Assembly: GCF_032444005.1 (NCBI RefSeq)
Contig: NC_091288.1
Coordinates: 40,920,001 to 40,984,000 of the forward strand
Length of the DNA: 64,000 nt
Origin: Ranitomeya imitator
Taxonomy: Eukaryota
Reading direction: 5' to 3'
Part shown: positions 1-12,299 of the stretch, piece after piece
Layout of the letters: every line of letters begins with the position of its first letter
Numbering within the stretch: the first letter of the stretch is position 1
Program-made: the position numbers and the translations under genes
The notes under the pieces: generated by a model
Told to the model about the DNA's origin: nothing
Seen by the model: only the letters and a program-made list of their open reading frames with translations
The model's database searches: none

Positions 1-431
1 CCAGTCTCAGGTCTTTTGCCGACTCCAACAGGTTTTCTTCAAGAATGGTCCTGTATTTGTCTCCATCCATCTTCCCATCAATTTTATCCATCTTCCCTGT
101 CCCTGCTGAAGAAAAGCAGGCCCAAACCATGATGCTGCCACCACGTTTGCCAGTGGGGATGGTGTTTTCAGGGTGATGAGCTGTGTTGCCTTTACGCCAA
201 GCATATCGTCTGGCATTGTTGCCAAAAAGTTCGATTTTTGATTCATATGACCAGCGTAACGTCTTCCACATGTTTGGTGTGTCTCCCATTAAATTTCGTT
301 CAACTTCACAATTGTGTTCCACTTGTCAATTCTTCACCAAAAATTTACATTTGGTATCTTTATGTTTGAAGCATGATATGTGGGAAAAGGTTGAAAAGTT
401 CCAGGGGGCTGAATACTTTCGCAAGGCACTG
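1..431 (-). mobile_element. Tc1/mariner transposon remnant, internally deleted and cut by the window edge
   Basis: Minus strand reads [18 protein letters not shown]...TIPT then, after a frameshift, [18 protein letters not shown]...[10 protein letters not shown]. The end is a Tc1-type TIR (CAGTGCCTTGCGAAAGTATTCAGCCCCC on minus) followed by TA at 432-433. Confidence 0.85.
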
Positions 432-795
432 TATATTACAAATGTTCCTATATTCCTTTTTTTTTATTGATTTTTGCAAAGTTTAATGAAAAAACAGTAA
501 CTATTTAACAGCCTGTTATATGCAATGAGGCTGACAGATGGAAGCGCAATCACTTCATTGTTAATATTTGACTGTAATGAGCCACTAATACAAAACAAAA
601 TGCATGAAACCTGTGTGACAAGGTATTGGTAAAGAGGTACAATTTTTCTTTTGCATAATTTGTTTCTAAACGGTTGCAGATTATTATATTTTATCTTTTT
701 TTTTAATCCAGATTTTTCATTGAAACACACATACTCTTCCGTGCAGATTTATTTATTATGATACGTGTTCATATTTGACGTGATCCCTGTGATAG

Positions 796-948
796 GTGTT
801 GGGAACGCTACCGCCTGTGTGCTGCGCGAGGTGATCTACGTCAGCGGAGGGCATTATGGATACAGAGGAAGTTGTACTTACGATAAAATTCAGAGCTTCC
901 ACTCTGATATAAATGAATGGAGCATCTTATCAGTCTGTCCACATCCAG
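796..948 (+). CDS. KLHL23: Kelch-like protein 23, penultimate coding exon
   Basis: AG acceptor at 794-795, GT donor at 949. Encodes (G)VGNATACVLREVIYVSGGHYGYRGSCTYDKIQSFHSDINEWSILSVCPHP, a kelch repeat. Phase matches the next exon. Confidence 0.95.
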
Positions 949-2743
949 GTAAAGATTACATTTTACTCCTGGGGATATGTCATAATAAATAATACTGCAG
1001 TATTTACTTGCACAAAGACATGCAAACCCCCCAAAAACCCACCGATGTAAATGAATCCTTGCATGACCAGTAGTTGGTGGGGTTGGTATGGGAAACAAAA
1101 AAAGATTAACAAAGTGCATCCAATCCTATCTCTGCCAGAAAATCCATTTTAAAGCGGAGTGGTCACTAAATTTCAGGATACAAACTGCATACTTTATTCA
1201 GATCTGTCACACCTGATGAGGCCAGTGTACTTACTTTGAAAACATATGTGAAAGTGGCTGTATAATTATCGAATTGAGACAATGCCATTTTCTTATAAGG
1301 CAGGGAAACTGTCACTAATACAGCCAGTCTGACGTGGATTGTCAATGCCTATGACAGAAGCCAAAGTCAAATATGAGACTGGATCGGTTTTGTGCATTCA
1401 CATGGGGGACTTTTTGACCCCCGTTTTTGCAATGTGTAGGTGTTAAGTGGCTGACTTTCTAGCAATCACAATTTTATCACCTATTCTGCGATATCTCAGG
1501 TTTTCAAAAAATATTATATAGCTCTACAGCCGCAGGTAGGATAGAAAAATACGAAACTGATTATAAAAAGGGATCAACCTCTACGTACCAATAGTAGACC
1601 ACAAAAATGAAGAAAAAGGGGTACGTATAAGTTCGCTCATCACTAGTATGTATTAAATAGTGATTACCTTGAACTATTTCATATTTGACAAAAATAAAAA
1701 AACTTAAATGTTTTTCTAACCTTTTGTTTTTGCTTAAAAAAAGAGAAAAAAAAGAGAAATACTTCACAATTGTAATCTGGGTATTTGATGGAGTTGTCCA
1801 GTGAAAATAAGTTATTCCCTATTCAATGGATCTATGGGATCTGATCACTGGGATCCGCTATCGGAAGAACAGGGAACTTTTATTTCCATTAAAATGGAGC
1901 TACGGTGTTCATCCTCGACTATGGCGCCATTCACCCTCTATGGGGCTGCTGAGTCCTGCACTCGCCATTTTCCGGCGGCTTCATAGAGAATGAATGGAGG
2001 TTGAAGAATAGAAAATGCATGTCACTTTTTTTTTGAAACAGCTGAATTTGCTCCAAACTAGTCACTGTCCATTCAGGAAAAAAAAAAAGTTTCCACTTGT
2101 CTAAAAAAAAACAAAAAAAAATTAAAAACAACGCGGTGTACATAACTTTAGAGCCTATGCACACGTCAAAACAAAACGGCTCCGAGTTTCCGCACTGATT
2201 ATTTTTATTTAGTTTCATCAGAAAATAAAAAAAAAAAAGTTTCTCTAACTCTTCCTATCAAGTCATCCATGAAAAACAGATTTCACCCGTGTCCGTTTTT
2301 TTGTATTGCCGATTGTTATAAGAAGCTCTAATCAACATTGGACATGTCTCAACAATCAATTTTCGGTCCCATTCACTATTGTACGATTGCTATCCAGAAA
2401 AAGAAAAATGATGCGTCTCTGAAAGTTCCGGCACAAACCAATTTTTTTTTCGGATTTTTTTTGGACTGGTAAAATAAACATATTATACAAGTTTGGTATC
2501 ACCCTAATCATACTGACTCAGAGAATTATGTAGTCAGGTCATTTTATTTTTATGTACCAGTGAATGCTGGAAAATCAAAGCTTCCCCAATAAAAAATAAT
2601 AATAAAATAGCGTATGTTGGACAAAAGGCTTTAACTGAAAATCGCCACCCGATCATGAATGGTTAAATTTGATCTATATAGCATAATATTTTCCCTTTGG
2701 AACGGTCTTTGTGTGTAACGTGTCTGTCTTCCCCCTTCCTCAG

Positions 2744-3054
2744 AGTATGGGCTGTGCTCCATCACACTGCACAATAAGCTTTACCTGGTCGGAGGACAGA
2801 CTACGACCACTGACTGCTACGACCTTGACAGCGATCAGTGGGTGGAGCTGGCGCCAACCATGGAGCGGAGGATGGAGTGTGGCGCAATCGTCATGAATGG
2901 ATTTATATACATCACCGGCGGCTACTCCTGGTCTAAAGGCACCTACCTGCAGAGCATCGAGAAGTACAACCCCGAGGCCGATAAGTGGGAACTACTGGGA
3001 AACCTTCCCAGCCCCATGCGGTCCCACGGGTGCGTCTGTGTATATAACGTATAG
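2744..3054 (+). CDS. KLHL23: Kelch-like protein 23, last coding exon
   Basis: Polypyrimidine tract plus CAG acceptor. Encodes EYGLCSITLHNKLYLVGGQ...MERRMECGAIVMNGFIYITGGYSWSKGTYLQSIEKY...MRSHGCVCVYNV*, matching the KLHL23 C-terminus I recall. Synteny with SSB/METTL5/UBR3 agrees. Confidence 0.95.
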
Positions 3055-3284
3055 GAACATGCAGTGTCTGTTACATCACTGTATTATTTGGGACGTCGGC
3101 TCAGGTACATGGGGTTCAACTTTTTCTAGATTATTAGTCAAATATACCAAACGGCATTATGTCATCCTGGCACTTTGCATCAAATTTTTGCATTTTGCCA
3201 AACTCGCCCACATTAACTGCCTGAACAGTTTTGGTTGCTCCCAAGTCAGCCGGGCACGTAGAGGTTCCCATTATTTGGATGATC

Positions 3285-3290
3285 AATAAA
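3285..3290 (+). terminator. Candidate KLHL23 polyadenylation signal AATAAA
   Basis: First AATAAA after the KLHL23 stop, about 230 nt downstream. Usage is not provable from sequence. Confidence 0.35.
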
Positions 3291-5868
3291 GGATGAAAAA
3301 TTTGGCAAATTGAATTCCATTTGCACGGTAAAAACCCTCCAAAAAATAATAAAACACCTTTCTTTAATGACATCCACAATATTTATGTGTTTTAGATACT
3401 TTCTTCACCTCCTCAAACAATGGGGGTGTGACGCAACAGAAAAGTGGGGTGGCCTAATTATATACACTGCCTAATTCTTAGACAGTCCCAATTCCTTCCC
3501 GATATCCATCGTACGTGTACACTGCAAGTTGGGAGCGGGTGTATGGTGCGGGCTCACAAGCTGAGCCCGCACCATACAAGTCAAATGGCTGCGTGTCACA
3601 GCCAGTCTTGCTGTGTCTGCTGGGGGTCTGTTATAGACCACCATGCCTGCTATCACAGAGCTCCGTTGAAACCTAGCCTGTGCATGGGCTTCAAAGGACA
3701 CCGTGATGTTTACTATATACAGCAATATTTTTTGCCTTTCGATTGCTCAAAGATCATAAAAATTAGCACTAAATAAAAAGGCCCGTATCTCTGGAACCGT
3801 ATGGCAGATTCAAGAAAAACTAAAATAGGCAATTCTGATGCTTCATTCATTTTTTTCTTTACAGCATTTAGATTGGATTTTTTTATGCGGCGATGCCAAA
3901 TGTGCTTTTCTTATATTTTTTTTTAAGATTGGGAAAAAGGGGTGATCAAAACTTTTTATGTGATTTTTTTTAAATTACTTTTTACAGATTTCTTTTTAGC
4001 CACATCTTTATATGACTTGAACTTGCGATCATTTGATCACTTGTACTATATACTGTTGTACTTTACAGAACTGTCACCTGCCCCATATGGAGTGCTCCAT
4101 GAGGCCACCCCCGATGTAAAAGTACGTCCTACGTCGGGAAGCTGATAATTTGGTACTTAGGAATTTATTTAGAATTCCTTTTTTTCTGTTTTTGGAGCAC
4201 AACTTTCAATTAAAAATGTGATTTTTTTTAATGTTTAATATTAAATCAATGGCATGTTAGCAAGTTATATGGAATAAAATATTACTGTAACTGAAAGAGC
4301 ACCTGTTACTCAAAAAATCTGCATGAAATACCTTAGGAAAAAAAAATCCCTGAGCTCCCCTGATTCTGCTGCTCTTTTCTATTTTGCAATGCGACGTTCC
4401 ATTGCAGAAATATTCACATTTGTTTCGTTTGGAGCGCAGTATGTGAAATCTCTACTTGTAGTTCAACTGGTTGTTTCTTCAGTCTTCTCTGGGGGTGTGC
4501 GCTTTAATCTTTTCCTCCTAGATGCAACCAATCATAACATATCAGTGTGATTGGCTGTGTGTGGGAGTCAGATGTGAAAGAGCACGCCCCAGAGGAGACT
4601 CTGAATAAACTTCCAGTTGCACTACAAGCAGAGATTTCACATACTGCACTCCAAAGGCAACAAATGTGAATATCTCTGCATTGGAGAGAGCCAGCGCAAA
4701 ATGGAAAAGAGCTGCAGAATCAGGGAAAATCAGGCATTTTTACAAGGTATACGGTTTGTTTTTTTAGCAAGTGACAGGACCTTTTTAAAGCACAAATGTT
4801 GATGCTATAAAGTTAATTTTTTTTCTTTGTATGAGTAGCTCTACATATTGAAATGACATGTATATATGGTATTAATTTTTTAATGTTGCTTTTTGTCATT
4901 ATAAATGACGATGTAATAAAAGATCAAATGCATAAAGTGGTAATGTTGGGAACCTAATCAAATAATTGGTACCTGCTCCACCAATAATCGACTTTTAGGC
5001 CACGGGTCACTGCTCTACTACAACTGCGCTTGGACACTGAAAGAAGAAGACTCTGCTGATAGGTCTATCTTTCTAGAATTTAAGAAAGTATACATTTTTT
5101 TTGGGGGGGGGGGGGAGACGATCATTTTTACTTTTAAACTGGTGCGCTGGTGGGCACTTTCATTTTTGGGGGGCATTCAGGGGGCATTAATAATTGCCTC
5201 TAAGAGGGCACTTAGGCATTATTACTTTTTGGGGCTCCAATGCGGTATTATTACTTTTTGAGGGGTACTCAATACACTGATCTTTGTTAAGGGGGCACTG
5301 GGGCCATTGTGACTTTATGAAGGGGCTTGCTTTGTAGTTTTACTCTATGAAGGGAAAGGCCGGGAATTATAACCTTCAATGGGGCACACAGAGGACTTCC
5401 ATCATCTCTTGCATAAGATGTGTCCATCTGTAAAACAGAATGTGGCTCCCAAGTTAAGAAAGGTTGGGGACTCCTGCCCTACATTACTGCTCTTTAACCT
5501 GTGGCTTTCTTGAACTACAACTTGTAGCTTGCCTTGATAGCCACCGATTGTAGTTATGCTAGGAATTGTGGCCAACCTGGGGAGAGATGGTTTTGCAAAT
5601 CTGATGCAGTGGCATTGGTGGGAGATCATTGCTGGGGACTATAGATGACGACTGCGGCGCCAAGTTGCAGTTTTACAGTCACTTGTGGGGAACCAAGAGC
5701 TGGAGAGTACAACGGCGCGCTATGAGTTGTAACCGTACAACTTGGGGGGTTGTAGTTTTGTGAAACATCTGGAGAGTTACGGTTTGGGGACCAGTACTGG
5801 AGACCATAGATGGAGGCATCCAAAATACGGGGGACTCGAACATATCGAGAGTGCTGAAGACTCGGTTA

Positions 5869-6010
5869 GGCTATGTTCACACTTGCGTATGGCTGCGTAC
5901 GTCCTCCCTTAAGCTCCACGTACTTCCGCATGCGTCCTGCGTATCTATCTTTAACATTAGGTACGCAGGGACATGCATTGTATGCGTCCGCATGTGGCGT
6001 TTTGACGTGC
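5869..6010. mobile_element. Truncated PIF/Harbinger-type MITE
   Basis: TTA followed by GGCTATGTTCACACTTGCG, the same TIR type as the complete copies in the window. No right TIR found. Confidence 0.5.
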
Positions 6011-7050
6011 CAGACGACCACACTGAAACACAACTGCAGCGTCTCCGGACTTGTCTCCAATCGGGCACATCTGGGACATCATTGTTCAGCAATTACAAAG
6101 GAAGCTGCCAGCAGCGGATCTTGATGAAGTGCATTCAGCATGGCAGACCATTCCTGACAATTAATACTCTGATAGCAGCCAAAAGTGTAAGCGTGAGGGT
6201 CTCTGCATGTGCACCCTACTCCATACTGAATAAATCGAGAGGCTTCGAATATTTTGATCCCATTTTCTCACCATTTGCAGATCAGTAACATGTCTATCCA
6301 CACTGTGATTTCCATATTTCCACTACTTTTCGTTCCTAGGGAAAGGTATCCAGCACTCTGTAAGTGGGATAAAGTCTTCATCCATATTTCAGGAACATAA
6401 GTGTAGAGAAGACGACTTAGCAAAAGCAACGCGTTTCGACCAGAGGATGATTAATCATGTTAAGACCCTCTGTGTGAAACGCGTGGGTTTTGCCAAGTCC
6501 TCTTATTATCTTCCAGAAGATTTGATCCCACTCACAGATTGCTGGATCCGTCCACCATTATTGTATGAGGATTATACTGCGGAGCTGGGATCCCGCTGCC
6601 TTTCCTCCTTCTTGATGTCGCACATGTTGAGAGCATCTTGATCTGGGAAATATTTAAGGTTCATTATTCACACACGGTAAATGACGAGAAGCCGGGGGAG
6701 ATCTACTGCGCCACGTATGGGGTCCAGTCCTGGTTTATGGGACTTTGAATCCCTGATTCTGCGAAGTTTTTCATCTCGGGATTTGAAGCGTTAATGATTT
6801 GGGATTTTTTTTCCTTCCCAGAATTGTTATTTGCAGCCTTCTGATTGGACGCCGACTAGTTTGGAGCAGATTCTATCAGGATCGATTATAAAGCTGTGAC
6901 TTGCACTTTTTTTTTTCTCACCAGGCGTTTTTACAAAACCTCTGCGGGAAAGAAAACGCTGAAAAAACTCCTGAACAGCAAAGGGAAAATCTTGACTCCA
7001 AAAACTCCCCAAAGAAGGAGCGTTTCCTAAGGCAGTTTTTGACCCTGTAA

Positions 7051-7322
7051 GGCTACGTTCACATTTGCGCTGTTGGGCGCAGCGTCGTCAAAGCATACCG
7101 ACGCATGCGTCATGCGCCCCTATGTTTAAGATGGCGGGCGCATGACGCTCGCCGGTATGCGATGTATTGCATTTTACAACGCATGCGTCAGTTTGACGCA
7201 CTAGACAGGGCGCGGAGGACGCTACTTGGAAAAACTCAGGAACATTGGTACTTTATGACAATGTATGCGTTGTTGGTTGCGTCGACGACGCTGCGCCCAA
7301 CAACGCAAATGTGAACGTTACC
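7051..7322. mobile_element. PIF/Harbinger-type MITE
   Basis: TIR GGCTACGTTCACATTTGCG ... CGCAAATGTGAACGTTACC, flanked by TAA on both sides (3-bp TWA target duplication). Confidence 0.85.
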
Positions 7323-7499
7323 TAAATCACTCTGCCTGCACATGGGCCTCAGGCTGTGTTCACACCAAGAGGTTTTTTTTAGGCATTTTCCAAGCTCTTT
7401 AGAAACGTTGGAAAGGAGCTGCTCAAAAAAAAAAAGTGTGCATGCTCACACTGAGGTTTTAGCGCACACATTCTCCAATTAAGACGCATGGGAGAGTTT

Positions 7500-8340
7500 C
7501 TGCTCCAAAAAACTGCTGAAATAAAGTCCATGTGCACAGGACCTTACAGAGCCGACTTCTGACCGTGCGAGTCTGGAGGGGGCACGCAGTGCTGGGAGCC
7601 GGGGGAGGCTGCGACGCCCTGGTTCTCCGGCACCGGCTGCTCCACACACACACGCGCCAGACCCCAGCGCTCAGCACGGCGGGAAACTCCCGGTGCACAC
7701 AGGTAGCGCAGAGGCTGCTGCAGTGCATGCCGGGAGGGGGCGCAGAGGCTGCTGCAATGCATGCCGGGAGGGGGCGAGGAGGCGGCTGCATGCCGGGAGG
7801 GGGCGGTGGTGAGCCGCCTTTAAATCTGCGCGTCATCAGGAGGCAGCGAGCAACAGAGAGCGGCGTGTGACTGGGACACCGGAGGACCGCGGCGCGCTCA
7901 GGTGAGGGCAGACGGCCGGAGGCTCCAACCGTACGGGGCTGATTACTGGGCAGGAGCCCGGCGGGACCGCAGCGTCCAGGCAGCACGTGTAGGAGGCACG
8001 CATTGGGCCTGCGCTGCACACTACTCTCTGTGTGTGTTGCTCCCTCACACGGGCGGCGGGTTATCGCGCTGACTGCGGTAAGTCAGGCGGTGAGTGAGGG
8101 GTTTATCTGCCGCGGTCTCCGCTCCTGATCGTTCTATCCGTGCGGCCGGGGGACGTAGCGAACAAGACCGCGTCCTCTCCTCACTCACACGTGGTTCCTG
8201 CCAGGCCTGATGAGTCGCTCGGAGAGCGGCGCTCCTCTGCTACCTGTACATCCGCCGCTGCTATCGGACTACAATTCCCGGCGTGCCTTCTCAGGCTGTG
8301 AATGAAGGGGCATGCTGGGAGTTGTAGTCTGTTGTAGCAG
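7500..8340 (+). promoter_or_regulatory. SSB CpG-island promoter with ZNF143/THAP11-type motifs
   Basis: GC/CpG-rich region. TGCATGCCGGGA occurs three times (7724, 7758, 7787). ACTACAATTCCCGGCGTGC at 8268-8286, inverted GCATGCTGGGAGTTGTAGT at 8310-8328, and TTTAAA at 7819. Confidence 0.7.
7845..7901 (+). other. SSB: Putative SSB non-coding exon 1 (5' end approximate)
   Basis: CAG|GTGAGG donor at 7902, downstream of a TTTAAA box within the CpG island. The coding exon at 9291 starts with an acceptor, so an upstream exon is required. Confidence 0.55.
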
Positions 8341-8411
8341 AATGGATTAGACGTATGGTCATTAACAGGGCGATATGGGCACCTCCTTTTGATTTTAGTT
8401 TTCATTCCCCT

Positions 8412-8543
8412 NNNNNNNNNNNNNNNNNNNNNNNNNNNNNNNNNNNNNNNNNNNNNNNNNNNNNNNNNNNNNNNNNNNNNNNNNNNNNNNNNNNNNNNNN
8501 NNNNNNNNNNNNNNNNNNNNNNNNNNNNNNNNNNNNNNNNNNN
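8412..8543. other. Assembly gap (N run)
   Basis: 132 N bases. Confidence 1.
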
Positions 8544-9298
8544 AGCCGACCCTTTTTTGATCATGACTATTTTTAGATAAATCGATTATTACATATGTTT
8601 GGACAGGTGTCTACGAAGCAATGCTAAATATTAACAAAATAAAAAAATTAAATTTACGCTCTGCAAAAAGTTTGTGGGGGAAGGGATATGGAGTTTTAAG
8701 GGCTAAAAAAAAGTTAAACTCTCCCCATCAGTTTGTGATTGTGTATCCCATCCTCTTTATTGCTCTTCCTATGAGACTCTCACGTGCGATTTAGTTTCCT
8801 GTGAATAATGCGGTGATATTGGCATTGACCGGCTTCAGAAGGCCTGTTGTGACAACACCACTATTTTATTATTTTTTTTTTTTAATTCTCCACTTTTTCC
8901 TCTGATTTAAGAATTGCCTTCTTTTTTTTTTTTTTCAATTCCCGGCTTGTCTTCCAAACCCGTGCTCTCTGTAACGAGGGACCCGGCCAGGTTTTCGTGC
9001 TGCCTATGGTAAGAAGCTGCTGACCGTTTTCCTGGCATTCATTCTGCATGATGGGACATTGAGAACAATTGTCCTGACATCACTGTGGATGAGACACTGC
9101 AGCTCTTCCCTATGGCAGTAACCTCGTTGGAATAATAGTTTGTTCCCTACTTTCCCACACTTCTAATTGACCCTCTAGGAGCATTTGTTTGCCTGGCATC
9201 GCTGAGGACTCCGGTGTACTGAGATCTGTATTACGAGGAGTATATGGCACAATGAATCCCATGAATGCGTACCTTTTTTTTTTCTTTTAGGCTTTGAA

Positions 9299-9364
9299 AT
9301 GGCTGAAAATGGAAATAATGAGCAAGTGCAAGACTTGGATGCAAAGATCTGTGAGCAAATTGAG
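9299..9364 (+). CDS. SSB: Lupus La protein, coding exon 1
   Basis: Acceptor at 9289-9290, ATG at 9299, GTAAGC donor. Encodes MAENGNNEQVQDLDAKICEQIE. Confidence 0.95.
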
Positions 9365-9876
9365 GTAAGCATTTATACAAATTTTGGGAGGGGGTCAGTG
9401 GCACAGCATGGAGTTGGAGCACAGGGGCGTGCATTTTTTTCATGAATTTCTTAGAGCTGCAAAATAAGTAATGGTGAAGATTCCAATACTGAAGACCAAT
9501 GCACGCCCCAGATCTTTAGGTTGGTACCATTTTGGATCCTGTAGCGCAGCAGGAGCCATAGTCTCCTTACCCACATGTCACCCCGTAACAATGATACTGC
9601 CGTAATGCTAGGGAAGAGAATAGCCATGGGTGCCAGGAGGTAGAAGGTGGTTCTCCGGGCTTACATTCACTGGTCAGATTACTGAGTGACTGTTGGTGGA
9701 CCAGGGTCTTTTTGCCAACTCTAGTGGGCACTTGAGGCCTTATGGTGCTAAGGGAACAATACTGGCCTTACCAAAGTTACTGGTAGTCACCACTGCACAG
9801 CATTTGCCATTGAACGATGTCTGACTGGTTCCTATAATGGATGGCGTTCTTCTAATTCATGTTTTTGTCTTTAAAG

Positions 9877-9980
9877 TATTATTTTGGGGACCATAATCTA
9901 CCAAGAGATAAATTCTTAAAGGAACAGATCACCCTCGATGACGGCTGGGTGCCCCTACAGACCATGATTAAGTTTAACAG
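9877..9980 (+). CDS. SSB: La protein coding exon 2 (La motif)
   Basis: [35 protein letters not shown]; AG/GT boundaries. Confidence 0.97.
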
Positions 9981-10066
9981 GTACGACCATACAGCGGACT
10001 GGGTTGTAATGTACGATCCAGTTTGCGATATCTCCCTTTTTCTTATTTTAGATTTTGATTTTACAG

Positions 10067-10241
10067 GTTGAGCAAACTGACTAAAGATTTTGGCAAGATT
10101 CTTGAAGCACTTAAAAAATCAAAGAGCGGTCTCCTGGAGATCGATGAGGAGAAATCAAAGATTAGACGGTCGCCTGAGAAGCCTTTACCTGAAGTCACAG
10201 ACGAGTACAAGAACGCCATCAAGACCAGATCTGTCTACATT
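10067..10241 (+). CDS. SSB: La protein coding exon 3
   Basis: [58 protein letters not shown]; follows an 86-nt intron. Confidence 0.97.
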
Positions 10242-10571
10242 GTACGTAGCGTGGTAGTGTACGTCACTGGCTCTTCACAGGCCTATGGTCACGTGGGGCT
10301 GAATAAGAATGGCAATCAATCCAATGTACATGGCTGATTATCAAGCCAATAGTTATATGCAATAGTTAAGGGGTCATGCAGTCTCCTGCCAGGTTCTGTA
10401 CTTTTTTAGTTTGATACAGACGGGCATGTCGCCTGGCTGCTCCAGTGACTGGTTGGACACCGCTGCAGTCGGTGACTGGGTGCACTGGTCCACATGGCTG
10501 TTGTCGCTGGTGGAGGACAGAATGTGTGCATTTTTGTATGCTGGATAGCAAATACACTTTCTTCTCTGCAG

Positions 10572-10679
10572 AAAGGATTTCAGCCTGACACAACCTTGGA
10601 TGAGATAAAGGAATGGCTTGAAGGCAAAGCTCTTATTGAGAACATTCAAATGAGACGGACGCTCCAGAAGACATTTAAG
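10572..10679 (+). CDS. SSB: La protein coding exon 4 (RRM1)
   Basis: [36 protein letters not shown]; AG/GT boundaries. Confidence 0.97.
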
Positions 10680-10790
10680 GTAAGAGCCACAGGGTGTTTT
10701 ATTCTGGCGCAGACAAGGTTAAGTGTTTTTTTTTTTTTGCTCCAAATTCTTCAAAATGACGAAAGCTGTTTGTAAAATTTTTTTTTTTTT

Positions 10791-10936
10791 ACTCTGTCGC
10801 CTCATTGGGGGACACAGGACCGTGGGTGTTATGCTGCTGTCCACTAGGAGGCGACACTATGCATAATCTGAAAAAGATTAACCGTGGCTCCTCCTCTGCA
10901 GTATACACCCCTGGACGGCATCGGCCTTCTCCAGTT
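10791..10936. mobile_element. Possible DIRS-type terminal repeat fragment in an SSB intron
   Basis: CTCTGTCGCCTCATTGGGGGACACAGGACCGTGGG resembles the start of frog DIRS terminal repeats as I recall them. A similar motif occurs at about 18775, at the end of the DIRS relic. Confidence 0.45.
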
Positions 10937-11679
10937 TATTTTTTTTAATGCTCCTTAGTTTGTCTTGCCGTAACCTTTTGTCGCACATTTGCCTAAAAAT
11001 ATACCACGATTGAAATTGCTCCAGAAACCTTAATTTAGGCATGGACTGGAGGGGGGATTTTACACTTGGTAAAAGTCGCATTGATAGCCTCCCATTGAAG
11101 CGGACCTCTCCTCCGGCTCTACTCTTATCTAAGCACAAGACTCAAGGATGTTAGAAATTATGAATCTTACATCTGGTTTGAATAAAAATTGTGTTGAGGG
11201 TTAATTTATTCTCGTCCCCTTGGTATTCGTTCTGGATACCCCTGAATATTTGAGTCATCTCTTTTGACCCATTCATTCAGGTCCTCATTACCATACTTCC
11301 TTCCAATATTTAGATCCCCTCCGTCTTGTATGTCTTCCCTTCCTTTCAATGTGTTTTATAACTTCAAATTTCTGAATAATATCCTATGCATTAGATTCTG
11401 CTCATTTAACACGTATTCAGGTTTAACTTGTCATTAAAATCTTAATCTGTTTATTTATTTTTCTCTTTAAAACAAAAGTGAAATTAATAATTTGTGAAAT
11501 AAAAATCCACCAATAAAAATGGAGTTAAAAAAAATGGACAACTTTAAAAATTGATGCAAAACGTATAGAGGATAAAGCGCAAATACTAAAGCCGCTATAT
11601 TATTATTTATTGCAAATGAATCCTGAGAAAGGAAGAAATGACAAATGAATCAAGGCTCAAGTCTTTTCTTTATCCACAG

Positions 11680-11780
11680 GGTTCCATATTTATTGTATTT
11701 GAGACTGAAGAAGCTTCAAAAAAGTTCTTGGAAAACAAAGATCTCAAGTTCAAAGACTCTGACATGATCATACTGTCAAA
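11680..11780 (+). CDS. SSB: La protein coding exon 5
   Basis: GSIFIVFETEEASKKFLENKDLKFKDSDMIILS(K); CAG acceptor, GTAAGT donor. Confidence 0.96.
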
Positions 11781-12299
11781 GTAAGTGTTTGTTTAAATCT
11801 TTCCTCTACAGGAAGTGCATCTATTGATGGCGCACACATTCAGGATGAGGTGTCTGTGGGAAACCCTAAGCAGTACGTATAAACTGATGCAGGACTTCAA
11901 TCTTGCAAAATGTTGGATATATTTAAAGGGGTTGTCCATCCCTGGTGAACTCCTCAGCAAGTGCTACAGTTTGCTGAACATGGTGGTCAGCACATCACAG
12001 CTCTGCAATTTGCACTAGACTGGAGTCTCAGCCGCTTCATTCATTAGTAATTGGCTGCGACTAAGTTGGCACGTCACCATAAGTATTCAACGCATGAACC
12101 ATTGGAAACTGCCAAGTGAGCCGAACTGTTAATTGTGTACAGTGCACACCATTGGGACTCTGCAGACTACAGCAAAATACTTCAGTAGGGGTAGATTGTC
12201 TTTTAAATCATGTTCTGATACTTAGTCCCCAGGCTTCTGTCCCAGTGGGAGAGCCTGGACACCATCATAGCCACAGTTAAAAAATTGTCTGACTTTCAC

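Noticed and set aside
1208-1255. CCTGATGAGGCC...GAAAAC
   Set aside because: No complementary stem II and no valid cleavage triplet.
6425-6485. ACGCGTTTCG...GAAACGCGT inverted motif resembling Penelope hammerhead halves
   Set aside because: No CUGANGA core on either strand; too degenerate to call.
8207-8235. CTGATGA followed by a 7-bp hairpin, resembling a hammerhead
   Set aside because: The required GAAA after stem II is absent (GCTC instead) and there is no stem I or III.
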